A DNA stretch of 64,000 bases, taken from assembly GCA_013362785.1 (NCBI GenBank), contig JABFVM010000222.1:19-64018 (forward strand). The letters run 5' to 3'. The translations under genes were made by a program, and so were the position numbers. This DNA is from Streptomyces sp. GTDB taxonomy: Bacteria; Actinomycetota; Actinomycetes; Streptomycetales; Streptomycetaceae. This document shows, in pieces, positions 49,597-61,900 of the stretch. The stretch's first letter is position 1. Each line of letters begins with the position of its first letter. The notes under the pieces are model-generated. The model saw only the letters and a list, made by a program, of their open reading frames with translations. It ran no database searches and had not been told where the DNA came from.

Positions 49597-50805
49597 ATGG
49601 CGACCATGGCCGACGTCGCGCGGAGTGCCGGCGTGTCCGTGGCGACCGTCTCGCATGTGCTGAACGGCACCCGGCCTGTGCTGCCCCACACCCGCCAGGC
49701 AGTGCTGGATGCCGTGGACGAGCTCGGCTACACGCCCAACACACTCGCCCGTTCCCTGGTGACCTCCCGCACCCGGTCGATAGGGCTCGCGGTGTCGGCG
49801 ATCAGCAACCCCTACTTCACGGAGATCCTCCAGGGCGTCGAGGCCGCGGCCCTGGAACACGGCTACAGCCTGCTCATCGCCGACCCGCACGACGATCCGG
49901 CGCATGAACGCAAGGTCGTCCAGCTGCTGCACGAACGCCGGGTGGACGGCATGATCGTCGCGCCCTCCGCCGACCCGCGTGACCTGATCGCCTACCTCGG
50001 GCGCCACGACGTACCGACCGTCCTCCTCGATCGCGTGGTCGACACCTCGACGGACGGCTCGCCACGCTTCGACCAGGTCTGCGCCGACAGTGCCGAACCC
50101 GTGGCCCGGTTGGTCACCCATCTCGCCGGACTCGGCCACCGTCGGATCGCCCTGGTCGCCGGCCTGCCAGGACTCAGCACCACCGGCGAGCGGCTTGCGG
50201 GATACCGGGACGGCCTGGCTGCCGCCGGGCTCGCCCACGACGATCACCTCGTGGTGCATGGCGACTCCGAGTCGGCCGGCGCCGAACAGGTCACCGCCGC
50301 TCTGCTAGGCCTCGCCGCACCGCCTACCGCCCTCGTCACCGCCAACAACACGATGACGATCGGCGCTCTGCGCGCCCTGCGGGACCGAGGTATGTCGGTG
50401 CCCGACGACATCGCGCTGTGCTGCTTCGACGACTTCGCCTGGGCCGATCTGTTCTCTCCCCGGCTCACCGCGATAGCCCAGCCCAGCAGGGACATCGGCG
50501 CTCAGGCGGTCCGTGTGCTGCTGGACCGTCTCGCGGCGCCGGACCGGCCCGCCCGCACGGTGCGTCTCCCCTGCACGTTCGTGCATCGCACGTCGTGCGG
50601 CTGCCCGGAACAGCCACGGCGTGGGACAGCGGAACAGCCGCGGCCGTCAGGAAGATCCGAGAACGGCCGGACACCCACGAGCCCGGACGCACTCGCGAGC
50701 CCGCAGACACTCGCGACGTCCCAGAAGCCCGAGGGCACTGCGAAGCCCCTGCAATCCGACAGCCCCGAACAGCCCCTGTCCTCCGTGAAAGGAACCGTCT
50801 CGTGA
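49597..50805 (+). CDS. LacI-family transcriptional regulator with an extended C-tail
   Basis: ATMADVARSAGVSVATVSHVLN, YTPNTLARSL, VPDDIALCCFDD, HRTSCGC. Confidence 0.95.
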   Translation: MATMADVARSAGVSVATVSHVLNGTRPVLPHTRQAVLDAVDELGYTPNTLARSLVTSRTRSIGLAVSAISNPYFTEILQGVEAAALEHGYSLLIADPHDDPAHERKVVQLLHERRVDGMIVAPSADPRDLIAYLGRHDVPTVLLDRVVDTSTDGSPRFDQVCADSAEPVARLVTHLAGLGHRRIALVAGLPGLSTTGERLAGYRDGLAAAGLAHDDHLVVHGDSESAGAEQVTAALLGLAAPPTALVTANNTMTIGALRALRDRGMSVPDDIALCCFDDFAWADLFSPRLTAIAQPSRDIGAQAVRVLLDRLAAPDRPARTVRLPCTFVHRTSCGCPEQPRRGTAEQPRPSGRSENGRTPTSPDALASPQTLATSQKPEGTAKPLQSDSPEQPLSSVKGTVS

Positions 50806-51713
50806 TCGTCGTCGCCGGTGAGGCCCTGATCGACCTGGTACCGCAGGGCACGGGTGCCCTTGCGGGCCTGAAGCCCGCGCTCGGCGGCGGCCCGTACAAC
50901 ACCGCCGTGGCCCTCGGCCGGCTCGGCTCCCCCACCGCCTTCTGCTCCCGCGTCTCCTACGACGCCTTCGGTGAGGCCCTTCTCGACGGGCTGCGGGAGG
51001 CCAAGGTGGACCTATCGGCCGTGCAGCGCGGCATGGAGCCGACCACCCTCGCGGTGGCCACCATCGACCAGGGTGGCTCGGCCGCCTACTCCTTCTACGT
51101 CGACGGCACCGCCGACCGGCTCTTCGCGGCACCTCCGGAGCTGCCGGCGGCGGCCCGCGCGGTGTCCTTCGGTACCTGCTCGCTCGTCCTGGAACCGGGG
51201 GCGAGCGCCTACGAGGAGCTGATGCGGAGCGCGGCCGCGCAAGGCGTGTTCACCGCACTCGACCCGAACATCCGGGCCGGCCTGATCCCCGACCCGGACG
51301 GCTACCGGGCGCGGTTCAAGAGCTGGCTTCCGTCGGTGTCGCTGCTGAAGCTGTCCGAGGAGGACGCGCTGTGGCTGGGCGGCACCCCGCGCGAGTGGCT
51401 GGCCGCTGGACCTGCGGCCGTCGTGATCACTCAGGGCGGTGACGGGCTGACCGCCTTCACACGGGACGGCGCGGTGCATGCCGTCCCGGGCGAGGAGGTC
51501 GACGTCGTGGACACGATCGGTGCGGGCGACACCGTGAACGCGGCCCTGTTGCACGGGCTGGCGGCCCAGGACGCCCTGTCCGCCGAGGCGCTCGTGGGAC
51601 TGGGCGCCAAGGGCTGGACACGGCTGCTGCGGTTCGCGGCGCGGGCTGCCGCGATCACCTGCTCCCGGGCGGGCGCGGAGCCGCCGTACGCCTCCGAACT
51701 GGGGGACTTCTAG
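50802..51713 (+). CDS. PfkB-family carbohydrate kinase (fructokinase-like)
   Basis: GEALID, GGGPYN.A, DPNIR, VDTIGAGD. GTGA overlap with the LacI gene. Confidence 0.93.
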   Translation: MIVVAGEALIDLVPQGTGALAGLKPALGGGPYNTAVALGRLGSPTAFCSRVSYDAFGEALLDGLREAKVDLSAVQRGMEPTTLAVATIDQGGSAAYSFYVDGTADRLFAAPPELPAAARAVSFGTCSLVLEPGASAYEELMRSAAAQGVFTALDPNIRAGLIPDPDGYRARFKSWLPSVSLLKLSEEDALWLGGTPREWLAAGPAAVVITQGGDGLTAFTRDGAVHAVPGEEVDVVDTIGAGDTVNAALLHGLAAQDALSAEALVGLGAKGWTRLLRFAARAAAITCSRAGAEPPYASELGDF

Positions 51714-51790
51714 GAGGCGTTGCCTTTTCCATTCCACTGTTGAGGAGTCAAGGTCCGTCAGGGCCGCCTGGATCGGGCAGCTGATGATCC

Positions 51791-51835
51791 AACGTGCGGC
51801 GCCCCACGGGGAGTTCCCGTGGGGCGCCGCACGTT
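51791..51835. terminator. 20-bp perfect stem-loop between convergent pfkB and uvrA
   Basis: AACGTGCGGCGCCCCACGGG-GAGTT-CCCGTGGGGCGCCGCACGTT. Confidence 0.88.
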
Positions 51836-51869
51836 TCAGGATTTGTTCGGACCTGGTGTCCGCCGGGCC

Positions 51870-54959
<3,090 letters not shown>

Positions 54960-55041
54960 GCCGGTCCGCACCTTTCTTGAGAGAAGTGACAGGGGGCGAG
55001 GCCCCCGTGTGTTCTCGGCTTCGAGGCCCCCGTGCTTCCTC

Positions 55042-55063
55042 AGACTAGGGGGAGCCACTGACA
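55042..55063 (-). promoter_or_regulatory. RecA-NDp/PafBC-type promoter of uvrA
   Basis: Minus strand reads (T)TGTCAG-TGGCTCCCCC-TAGTCT. Confidence 0.8.
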
Positions 55064-55135
55064 ACGCCGGTCGGATTCCCGGATGCGACAACAATCCCGG
55101 GGCTTCCAGCATGCCCGACGTCACGACCGACCCTA

Positions 55136-55151
55136 TAGCACGCGCATTCGA
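55136..55151. promoter_or_regulatory. Possible degenerate LexA (SOS) box
   Basis: Minus strand TCGAAT-GCGC-GTGCTA against TCGAAC-N4-GTTCGA (3 mismatches). Confidence 0.35.
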
Positions 55152-55209
55152 TTTACGGCACCCGTTCACCACCTTCACCCAAAGGTGTGGCGGGGATAGT
55201 GTCAGCACC

Positions 55210-55896
55210 ATGATTGATCACGCTCGTGACCTGGTGTCTGTACGTGAAGCGACCGATCGGCTGCTCACCGCAGCGGCCAAGCTGGACAACGCGTCGGTGA
55301 CCGAGCCGTCACGGCTCCCCGGCTGGAGCCGCGGTCATGTCCTCGCGCACATCGCCCGCAACGCGGACGCCCTCGTGAACGTCCTCGAAGGGCGCCCCAT
55401 GTATCCCTCCGCCACCGCCCGGGACGCCGACATCGAGCGCGATGCCCCGCGCCCTCTCGACGTCCAGCTCACCGACGTACGCGAGAGCGGCGCCCGCTTC
55501 CAGGAGACCGGAGCGGTACCCGCGGACTGGTCGCGCACGGTCGAGCTGCGCAACGGGGTCACCGATGCCGCGGCCCGGGTGCCGTTCCGGCGGTGGGTCG
55601 AGGTGGAGCTGCACCACGTGGATCTCGGGATCGGGTACGAGCTGGAGGATCTGCCGGCGGAGTTCGTGGAGCGGGAGATCGACTTCCTCGCGGAGCGGTT
55701 CACCGGGCACCCGGATGTGCCGCCGACCCGTCTCACGGACGGCACGCACGCGTGGAGCACGGGCCGGGAGGCGGACGCGCCCGAGGTCACCGTCACCGGC
55801 TCCGCACCCGACCTGCTCGGCTGGCTCGCCGGGCGGCGCGACGGAGCCGGGCTGGCCGTGGCGGGCGGCACGCTTCCGTCGCTTCCCCCGCTGTAG
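55210..55896 (+). CDS. Mycothiol-dependent maleylpyruvate isomerase (MDMPI/DinB) family protein
   Basis: [32 protein letters not shown]. Confidence 0.9.
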   Translation: MIDHARDLVSVREATDRLLTAAAKLDNASVTEPSRLPGWSRGHVLAHIARNADALVNVLEGRPMYPSATARDADIERDAPRPLDVQLTDVRESGARFQETGAVPADWSRTVELRNGVTDAAARVPFRRWVEVELHHVDLGIGYELEDLPAEFVEREIDFLAERFTGHPDVPPTRLTDGTHAWSTGREADAPEVTVTGSAPDLLGWLAGRRDGAGLAVAGGTLPSLPPL

Positions 55897-55941
55897 CGCC
55901 GGCTAGGGCCGCCGACCGCCCTGCCGCTATAGGCTGCCGCC

Positions 55942-56598
55942 ATGACGTACAGCGGACAGGTGACGGTCGGTGGCCCCGCCGACGTGCACGAGCTCAAGGA
56001 CCTGATGATCACCAAGATCGCGGTCGGCCCGATGGACAACAACGCCTATCTGCTGCGCTGCCGGGCCACGGACGAGCAGCTGCTGATCGACGCCGCCAAC
56101 GACGCGGACGCGCTGCTCGGCATGATCGGTGACGACGGCATCGCATCCGTCGTCACCACGCACCAGCACGGCGACCACTGGCAGGCGCTCGCCGCGGTCG
56201 TCGACGCCACCGGCGCGCGCACTTACGCCGGCCGGGACGACGCCGACGGCATCCCGGTGCCGACCGACGTACTGGTCGACGACGGCGACACCATCCGAGT
56301 GGGGCGCGTGGAGCTCACCGCGCGCCATCTGGTCGGACACACGCCGGGCTCGATCGCCCTCGTCTACGACGACCCGCACGGGCATCCCCATGTGTTCACC
56401 GGGGACTGCCTGTTCCCGGGTGGTGTGGGCAACACCCGTAAGGATCCGAAGGCGTTCGCCAGCCTGATCCATGACGTCGAGACGAAGATCTTCGACGTGC
56501 TGCCGGACGAGACCTGGGTCTACCCGGGACACGGCAACGACACGACGCTGGGCGCGGAACGGCCGCAACTGCCGGAGTGGCACGCGCGGGGCTGGTGA
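55942..56598 (+). CDS. Metallo-beta-lactamase-fold hydrolase (glyoxalase II-like)
   Basis: THQHGDH, GHTPGS, FTGD, YPGHG. Confidence 0.92.
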   Translation: MTYSGQVTVGGPADVHELKDLMITKIAVGPMDNNAYLLRCRATDEQLLIDAANDADALLGMIGDDGIASVVTTHQHGDHWQALAAVVDATGARTYAGRDDADGIPVPTDVLVDDGDTIRVGRVELTARHLVGHTPGSIALVYDDPHGHPHVFTGDCLFPGGVGNTRKDPKAFASLIHDVETKIFDVLPDETWVYPGHGNDTTLGAERPQLPEWHARGW

Positions 56599-56884
56599 GC
56601 GCGGGTCGTTGGGCGGGGGCGTGGCCAGGTGATCGCAGGCTGTCGGTGGGCGAGCGCCGGGCGCGCACGCCCTCCCCGCACCGCGTACTCCCCGCGCACG
56701 CGCCCCGTGTGAACCATTCACACGCGCTGGTGCCATGCGCGCGCTCCCGGCGCGCGTTGTTGCGCAGTCAACTGGAAGCAGCCCCGCGCAGGATGACGGC
56801 TCCTGAGCGGTAAGGGCCGCCGGTCTTTCAACCCCGCCCTCGACCGGCGGCCCCGGCGATCTCTGTGTCCCTCACCAGTCAGGG

Positions 56885-57358
56885 TCACGTGTCCGCGTGT
56901 CCCGCTCCCGCCAGTGCCGCGACCCGCTCCACCCCGAACACGTACCCCTGCACACCGCACCCCGCGATCACGCCTTCGGCGCGCAGGGAGACGTACGAGT
57001 GGTGGCGGAAGGACTCGCGCTTGTGGATGTTGGAGATGTGGACCTCCAACACCGGAAGGCCGTCACAGGTGTTGAGCGCATCCAGGATCGCCACCGAGGT
57101 GTGCGAGTAGGCGCCGGGATTGATCACGATCCCGCAGTGGTTCAGCCGTGCCTCATGGATCCAGTCGACGAGCTCGCCCTCGTGGTTGGACTGCCGGAAG
57201 TCGATCGTGCCGCCGTGCGCGGCCGCCGCCTTGGCGCACAGGGCCTCGACGTCGGCCAGGGTCTCGGAGCCGTAGATCTCCGGCTGACGCTGGCCGAGCA
57301 GGTTCAGGTTGGGGCCGTTGAGGATCATGATCGGGGCGTTGGCCAGGGTGCGGGGCAC
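56885..57358 (-). CDS. aroQ: Type II 3-dehydroquinate dehydratase
   Basis: [40 protein letters not shown]. Confidence 0.97.
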   Translation of the reverse strand: MPRTLANAPIMILNGPNLNLLGQRQPEIYGSETLADVEALCAKAAAAHGGTIDFRQSNHEGELVDWIHEARLNHCGIVINPGAYSHTSVAILDALNTCDGLPVLEVHISNIHKRESFRHHSYVSLRAEGVIAGCGVQGYVFGVERVAALAGAGHADT

Positions 57359-57643
57359 GGTTCCTCCGGTCCGTTCGGGGTGGGGCGGTCCGTCAGAGAC
57401 CGCTGCTCGGACCCCGGTCTATCACGGTGCGTGGATCACGCCGTGATCTCGGCCGGTTGGAGATCGTCTGCCGGATGCTTTCGAAGTGGACTTCTGCCAC
57501 ACCGATCCTCAACTCGTCATCCTGTACGGCGGCCTCGTCCGTGTCGACCAACCTGCCCGGCGCATCACGGTCACGTACTGGCGAAGCCCCGGCACGCCCA
57601 TACGCCCCCGTAACTCGCGGTCACCGTGGGTAGTTGACGCAGC

Positions 57644-58948
57644 ATGCACGACGTACGCACCGTAAGGGCGCCCTCCATGCTGCGGCTCGCGGCCGCCTCG
57701 CTCGCCGGCACGGCCATCGAGTTCTACGACTTCTTCGTCTACGGGACCGCTGCGGCGCTGGTCCTGGGGCCGCTGTTCTTCCCGACGTTCTCACCGGTGG
57801 CGGGGACCCTGGCCGCCTTCGCCACGTTCGGCGTGGGTTTTGTGGCGCGGCCACTGGGGTCGGTGCTGTTCGGGCACATCGGGGACCGGCACGGACGCCG
57901 CCCGGTCCTCGTCGCCTCGCTGCTGCTGACCGGCGCCTCCACGGTCGCGGTCGGCTGTGTCCCGACGTACGACACCATCGGTGTGCTCGCTCCCCTGCTG
58001 CTGCTCCTGCTGCGTTTTCTGCAGGGGCTCGGTCTCGGCGGCGAGTGGGGCGGGGCCGTGCTGCTGACCGTGGAGCACGCGCCGGTCGAGCGCCGCGGTC
58101 TGTGGTCGAGCTTCCCGCAGGTCGGGCCCGCGCTCGGCTTCCTGCTCGCCAACGGGGTGGTGCTGGCGCTGTCGGCGACGCTGTCCGAGGCGCAGTTCGC
58201 CGCGTGGGGCTGGCGCGTGCCGTTCTGGGCGGCTGGGGTGCTGGCCGCGGTGGGGCTGTGGCTGCGGTCGTCGCTCGCGGAGAGCCCCCGGTTCCTCGAA
58301 ATCGACGATCACGCGCGCGTGCCGCTCGCCGAGGTCGTCCGCGACCACTGGCGGCTCGTGCTGCTGACGGCCGGGGCGCTGTCGATCGGATACGCGATCT
58401 TCTACGCAGTGACGACCTGGTCGCTCGCATACGGCACGGAACGGCTCGGTGTGAGCCGCGACGTCATGCTGATCTGCATCATGGGCGCGGTGGTGGTGAA
58501 GGGCGCGCTCACCCCGCCGGTGGCGATGCTCGGCGACCGGTACGGGAGGCGGCCCCTGTGCCTGATCGGATGCGCTGCCTCTGCGCTGTGGATGTTCCCG
58601 ATGGTCGCGCTTCTCTCGACGGGCGCGCCGCTGCCGATGTTCCTGGGCTTCGTGGGGGCGATGCTCTCGTTCATCACGATGTTCGCCGTCATCGCCGCGT
58701 ATCTGCCGGAGCTGTACGAGCCCCGGGTGCGCTGCACGGGTGCCGCGGTGGGCTACAACCTCGGCGGTGTCCTCGGGGGCGCGGTTACGCCCATCGCGGC
58801 GACGGCACTCGCCGAGCAGGGCGGTCGGGTGCCCTGGGCCGTGGGGGCGTACATGACAGGGGTGGCGCTGCTCAGCCTGGGTTGCTTCGCGCTGCTGCCC
58901 GAGACGCGTCCGGCGCCCGCGGTGGCGGCGGAGCCCGCCACTGGGTGA
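57644..58948 (+). CDS. MFS metabolite:H+ symporter (ShiA/ProP-like)
   Basis: GTAIEFYDF, FVARPLG, GDRHGRR, GGEWGGA, ESPRF. Confidence 0.92.
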   Translation: MHDVRTVRAPSMLRLAAASLAGTAIEFYDFFVYGTAAALVLGPLFFPTFSPVAGTLAAFATFGVGFVARPLGSVLFGHIGDRHGRRPVLVASLLLTGASTVAVGCVPTYDTIGVLAPLLLLLLRFLQGLGLGGEWGGAVLLTVEHAPVERRGLWSSFPQVGPALGFLLANGVVLALSATLSEAQFAAWGWRVPFWAAGVLAAVGLWLRSSLAESPRFLEIDDHARVPLAEVVRDHWRLVLLTAGALSIGYAIFYAVTTWSLAYGTERLGVSRDVMLICIMGAVVVKGALTPPVAMLGDRYGRRPLCLIGCAASALWMFPMVALLSTGAPLPMFLGFVGAMLSFITMFAVIAAYLPELYEPRVRCTGAAVGYNLGGVLGGAVTPIAATALAEQGGRVPWAVGAYMTGVALLSLGCFALLPETRPAPAVAAEPATG

Positions 58949-59015
58949 CGGGCTCCGGCACACTGCAGCGCGAAGGACCTTCGCCTACGGGCGACTACGG
59001 GACACGGCGGGCGGG

Positions 59016-60116
59016 CTACGGGTTGATCGCGAGCTCCAGATACGCCGCGAACAGCACCAGATGGACGCCGCCCTGCAGCGGCGTCGCCCGCCCCGGCACC
59101 ACCGTCAGCGAACTCACCACCACCGTCAGGGCCAGCAGCACCATGTGGGTGGGGCCGAGACCGAGGACCAGCGGGCCCGAGAGCCAGATGGAGGCCAGGG
59201 CGACGGCGGGGATGGTCAGGCCGATGCTGGCCATCGCCGAGCCGAGCGCGAGATTGAGGCTGGTCTGCACGCGGTCGCGGCGGGCGGAGCGCAGCGCGGC
59301 GATCGTCTCGGGGAGCAGCACCAGCAGGGCGATGACCACGCCGACGACGGCGTGGTGCAGGCCGGCGGCCTCCACACCGGTCTCGATGGTGGGCGACACC
59401 CCCTTGGCCAGACCGACCACGCCGATCAGGGCCAGGCTCAGCAGCCCCAGGCTGATCCATGCGGTGCGGGCGGTGGGCGCGTCGGCGTGGTCGTCCGCGG
59501 TGATCACATCGCCCTGCCGGGTGATGGGGAGGAAGTAGTCACGGTGGCGTACGGTCTGCGTCGCCACGAACAAGCCGTACAGGATCAGCGAGGAGAGCGC
59601 GGCGAACGTCAGCTGCACGCTGGAGAACTCCGGGCCGGGCTTGCTCGTGGTGAACGTCGGCAGCACCAGGCTGAGCGTGGCGAGGGTGGCGACGGTCGCG
59701 AGCGCGGCTCCGGTGCCCTCGGGGTTGAAGACCGCCGTGCGGTGCCGCAGCGAGGCGACCAGCAGGCACAGGCCGACGATGCCGTTGCAGGTGATCATCA
59801 CCGCCGCGAAGACGGTGTCCCGGGCGAGGGTGGAGCTCTTGTCGCCGCCGTCGACCATCAGGGTCACGATCAGGGCGACCTCGATGATCGTGACGGCGAT
59901 GGCGAGGACGAGTGAGCCGAAGGGTTCGCCGACCCGGTGCGCGACCACTTCGGCGTGGTGCACGGCGGCCAGGACGGCACCGGCGAGGATCAGCGTCACC
60001 AGCGCGACGAGCGCGCCGGGCAGGTCCCGTCCCCAGGTGAAGGCCAGGAGGACGACCGCGAGCACCGGCACGAGGTACGTCCACCCGGTTGTGAGCGACC
60101 TGAGCCGATCGATCAT
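59016..60116 (-). CDS. Ca2+/H+ antiporter, ChaA-like
   Basis: HHAEVVAHRVGEPFG, LARDTVFA, LLPE, NLALGSAMASIGLTIP. Confidence 0.9.
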   Translation of the reverse strand: MIDRLRSLTTGWTYLVPVLAVVLLAFTWGRDLPGALVALVTLILAGAVLAAVHHAEVVAHRVGEPFGSLVLAIAVTIIEVALIVTLMVDGGDKSSTLARDTVFAAVMITCNGIVGLCLLVASLRHRTAVFNPEGTGAALATVATLATLSLVLPTFTTSKPGPEFSSVQLTFAALSSLILYGLFVATQTVRHRDYFLPITRQGDVITADDHADAPTARTAWISLGLLSLALIGVVGLAKGVSPTIETGVEAAGLHHAVVGVVIALLVLLPETIAALRSARRDRVQTSLNLALGSAMASIGLTIPAVALASIWLSGPLVLGLGPTHMVLLALTVVVSSLTVVPGRATPLQGGVHLVLFAAYLELAINP

Positions 60117-60231
60117 GGAGCGATCGTCGCAGAGGCCTTGCGGGTTCGCATTCCGGTCCGTGGGGTGGTCAGGGCGGTTGTCAGGCGGCCCCGCACCCTG
60201 CGGATGCGGGGCCCCTGCGGGTTGTATGTCG

Positions 60232-60534
60232 CTACGCGAAATCGGTTGTCTCCTGTACGTCGCAGTCCGTGAAGGACGGCGGCCTGGTGCACAGCGCGGC
60301 CATCTGCTCCGCGAACTTGGTCGTCTCGGGGTCTTCGCTGTTGCGCATGGCGTCCTCGTAGGAGTCGAACTCGATCACTACGAGGTAGCGGTTGGCCTCG
60401 CCCCGGTCCTTGAGGACGAGACGGCGCCTGGGGCCGCCACTGCGGCCCGCCAGGCTCTGTTCGGTCTCGTGGGCCAGTTCCCGCATCTCGTCGATGCGCT
60501 CGGTCTCGAAGTCGATGATCTGCACGAACTTCAT
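60232..60534 (-). CDS. Small hypothetical protein (possible dimeric alpha/beta barrel)
   Basis: MKFVQIIDFET...RYLVVIEFDSYEDAMRNS; coding-like codon bias. Confidence 0.75.
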   Translation of the reverse strand: MKFVQIIDFETERIDEMRELAHETEQSLAGRSGGPRRRLVLKDRGEANRYLVVIEFDSYEDAMRNSEDPETTKFAEQMAALCTRPPSFTDCDVQETTDFA

Positions 60535-60675
60535 GGGTGCGTCCACAGGTGCCTCCACCCCCGGCCGTGGTGTCCCCGGCCGGGGACACCCAGCACCCAA
60601 CGAAGCACCGGGGGCGGTGCTCGGCAATCAGCTGGGCACCACCCCCGGTGTTGGTTCTTCCTACGTCCGACGTGG

Positions 60676-61677
60676 TCAGACGTCGATGCTGTCCTTCGGA
60701 GCGCTTTCGCTGCCCTCCTGCGCCGCCTCGGCCGCCGCCTGCTTCTTGGAGGCCCGCAGACTGGTGATCGTGGTGATGATCAGGACCGAGCAGATCACGC
60801 CGAGCGAGACCGGAATGCTGATCTCGGGGACGTGGACGCCGGACTCGTGCAGCGCGTGCAGCACCAGCTTGACGCCGATGAAGCCGAGGATGATCGACAG
60901 GCCGTAGCTGAGGTGGACCAGCTTCTTCAGCAGGCCACCGATCAGGAAGTACAGCTGCCGCAGACCCATCAGCGCGAAGGCGTTGGCCGTGAAGACGATG
61001 TACGGGTCCTGCGTCAGGCCGAAGATCGCCGGGATGGAGTCCAGGGCGAAGAGCACGTCCGTCGTGCCGATCGCGAGCATCACGACCAGCATCGGGGTCA
61101 TGACCCGCTTGCCGTTCTCCTGGATCCACAGCTTGGTGCCGTGGTAGCGGTCGGCCACACCGAAGCGGCGCTCGGCCGCCTTCAGCAGCTTGTTCTCCTC
61201 GAACTCCTCGTCGTCCTGGTCGGCGCGGGCCTCCTGGATGAGCTTCCAGGCGGTCCAGATCAGGAAGGCGCCGAAGAGGTAGAACACCCACGAGAAACTG
61301 GCAAGGATCGCGGCACCCGCGGCGATGAAGATGGCCCGCAGGACCAGGGCTATGAGGACACCTACCAGCAGCACGCGCTGCTGGTACTGGCTCGGCACCG
61401 CGAACTTCGCCATGATCAGGACGAAGACGAAGAGGTTGTCGACGCTCAGTGACTTCTCGGTGATGAAGCCCGCGAAGAACTCGCCGGCGGGCTGTCCGCC
61501 GCCGAAGATCAGCAGGCCGAATCCGAACAGGGCGGCCAGGGCGATCCAGACGACCGTCCAGATTCCGGCTTCCTTGATCGACACGTCATGCGGCTTGCGG
61601 CCGATGAAGAAGTCGACGGCGATCAGGGCGGCAAGGCCCACGATGGTCAGGACCCATAGGGTCGTGGAAACTTCCAC
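60676..61677 (-). CDS. TerC/Alx-family membrane protein (Mn homeostasis)
   Basis: EKSLSVDNLFVF, QQRVL, DVLFALDSIPA, NAFALMGLRQLYF. Confidence 0.93.
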   Translation of the reverse strand: MEVSTTLWVLTIVGLAALIAVDFFIGRKPHDVSIKEAGIWTVVWIALAALFGFGLLIFGGGQPAGEFFAGFITEKSLSVDNLFVFVLIMAKFAVPSQYQQRVLLVGVLIALVLRAIFIAAGAAILASFSWVFYLFGAFLIWTAWKLIQEARADQDDEEFEENKLLKAAERRFGVADRYHGTKLWIQENGKRVMTPMLVVMLAIGTTDVLFALDSIPAIFGLTQDPYIVFTANAFALMGLRQLYFLIGGLLKKLVHLSYGLSIILGFIGVKLVLHALHESGVHVPEISIPVSLGVICSVLIITTITSLRASKKQAAAEAAQEGSESAPKDSIDV

Positions 61678-61723
61678 TGCGCCTCCGGCAGTCGTAACGG
61701 CAAATGTCAGCGTCGTCGCGCGC

Positions 61724-61821
61724 CGGAGGTCTCTTCCACCCAGGATGGGCCGACGCCCCGGGATCTGGCCTGATCCGTATTGACGGGTACGCCGCAGCAG
61801 ACAGGGAGTACTCCCCTCCGT
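61724..61821 (-). ncRNA. yybP-ykoY manganese riboswitch
   Basis: Minus strand CGGAGGGGAGTA...CGTCAATAC...GAGACCTCCG, with P1 formed by CGGAGG/CCTCCG. Lies directly upstream of a TerC/Alx gene, the canonical context. Confidence 0.85.
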
Positions 61822-61900
61822 GGGAAGAAGACTACCCAATCACCAAGGAAAGGTAAAGCGCTTGGCAAAATAAACGCCAAGTGTGCAGGTCAGAGGCTCT

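Noticed and set aside
55942-56598. Beta-lactamase
   Set aside because: No signal peptide, and the motifs fit a cytoplasmic glyoxalase-II-like MBL hydrolase.
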